The notes under the pieces: model-generated | Told to the model about the DNA's origin: nothing | What the model saw: only the letters and a program-made list of their open reading frames with translations | The model's database searches: none | Assembly (NCBI GenBank): GCA_964016885.1 | Contig: OZ024740.1 | Span: forward strand, 205,468,001-205,532,000 | Direction: 5' to 3' | DNA from: Eledone cirrhosa | Taxonomy: Eukaryota | DNA: 64,000 nt | Shown: positions 62,943 through 64,000 of the stretch, piece after piece | Layout: each line of letters starts with the position of its first letter | Numbering within the stretch: the first letter of the stretch is position 1 | Position numbers and translations under genes: made by a program

Positions 62943-64000
62943 TGCTGTCACACCATGTAGACATGTGAAAGATATTGTGATGTCACACCATGTAGACATG
63001 TGAAAGATATTATATGCTGTCACACCATGTAGACATGTGAAAGATATTATATGCTGTCACACCATGTAGACATGTGAAAGATATATGATGTCACACCATG
63101 TAGACATGTGAAAGATATTATATGTTGTCACACCATGTAGACATGTGAAAGATATTATATGATGTCACACCATGTAGACATGTGAAAGATATTATATGAT
63201 GTCACACCATGTAGACATGTGAAAGATATTATATGTTGTCACACCATGTAGACATGTGAAAGATATTATATGCTGTCACACCATGTAGACATGTGAAAGA
63301 TATTATATGCTGTCACACCATGTAGACATGTGAAAGATATTATATGCTGTCACACCATGTAGACATGTGAAAGATATTATATGCTGTCATACCATGTAAA
63401 CTTGTGAAAGATATTATATGTTGTCACACCATGTAGACATGTGAAAGATATTATATGTTGTCACACCATGTAGACATATGAAAGATATTATATGCTGTCA
63501 CACCATGTAGACATGTGAAAGATATTATATGATGTCACACCATGTAGACATGTGAAAGATATTATATGATGTCACACCATGTAGACATGTGAAAGATATT
63601 ATATGTTGTCACACCATGTAGACATGTGAAAGATATTACATGATGTCACACCATGTAGACATGTGAAAGATATTATATGTTGTCACACCATGTAGACATG
63701 TGAAAGATATTATATGCTGTCACGCCATGTAGACATGTGAAAGATATTATATGTTGTCACACCATGTAGACATGTGAAAGATATTATATGTTGTCATACC
63801 ATGTAAACTTGTGAAAGATATTATATGTTGTCACACCATGTAGACATGTGAAAGATATTATATGTTGTCACACCATGTAGACATGTGAAAGATATTATGT
63901 TGTCACACCATGTAGACATGTGAAAGATATTATATGTTGTCACACCATGTAGACATGTGAAAGATATTATATGTTGTCACACCATGTAGACATGTGAAAG
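62943..64000. repeat. 37-bp tandem minisatellite running off the window end
   Basis: Unit TGTCACACCATGTAGACATGTGAAAGATATTATATG(C/T/A), about 28-29 copies, no spacers. Confidence 0.97.

Noticed and set aside
62943-64000. 37-bp palindromic repeat array resembling CRISPR repeats in length
   Set aside because: Units are contiguous with no unique spacers, there are no cas genes, and the context is eukaryotic; it is a minisatellite.

Overview
Eukaryotic, AT-rich, very repeat-dense DNA. The (TA)n seas, RTE LINEs with (GAT)n tails and the SINE families look like a cephalopod (Octopus-like) genome; that assignment is an inference. The only host gene I can support is the 5' end of cystathionine beta-synthase (CBS) on the minus strand. 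It has a CCAAT-box promoter region near 44.7 kb, a short first coding exon (44616-44641), and a second exon (34003-34140) that splices in frame and encodes the heme-binding WRRPDLPSRC...SPHLH motif. I found no further CBS exon, so 1-34 kb appears to be one very large intron. The rest is a nest of mobile elements: several RTE-clade LINE families (two with a PHD finger inside the RT), two CR1/L2-group LINEs, Penelope-like elements, a complete but decayed Ty3/Gypsy element (both LTRs, 5-bp TSD, -1 frameshift site), a DD34D mariner, a pogo/Tigger derivative, hAT, Merlin-like and Tc1-like MITEs, a non-autonomous Helitron, SINEs and a 37-bp satellite. Top observations: (1) a SINE copy (13258-13599) with about 30 or more sense-strand A-to-G substitutions, the expected fossil of an ADAR hyper-edited RNA that retrotransposed back into the genome; (2) about a dozen type I hammerhead ribozyme folds of unrelated sequence, mostly in short ORF-less inserts inside TA tracts, several with non-canonical cores and a shared downstream motif; (3) mechanistic scars, including a twin-priming inversion in an RTE, a locally templated insertion, and a Helitron splitting a ribozyme. 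All folds and alignments were done by eye and need computational confirmation.
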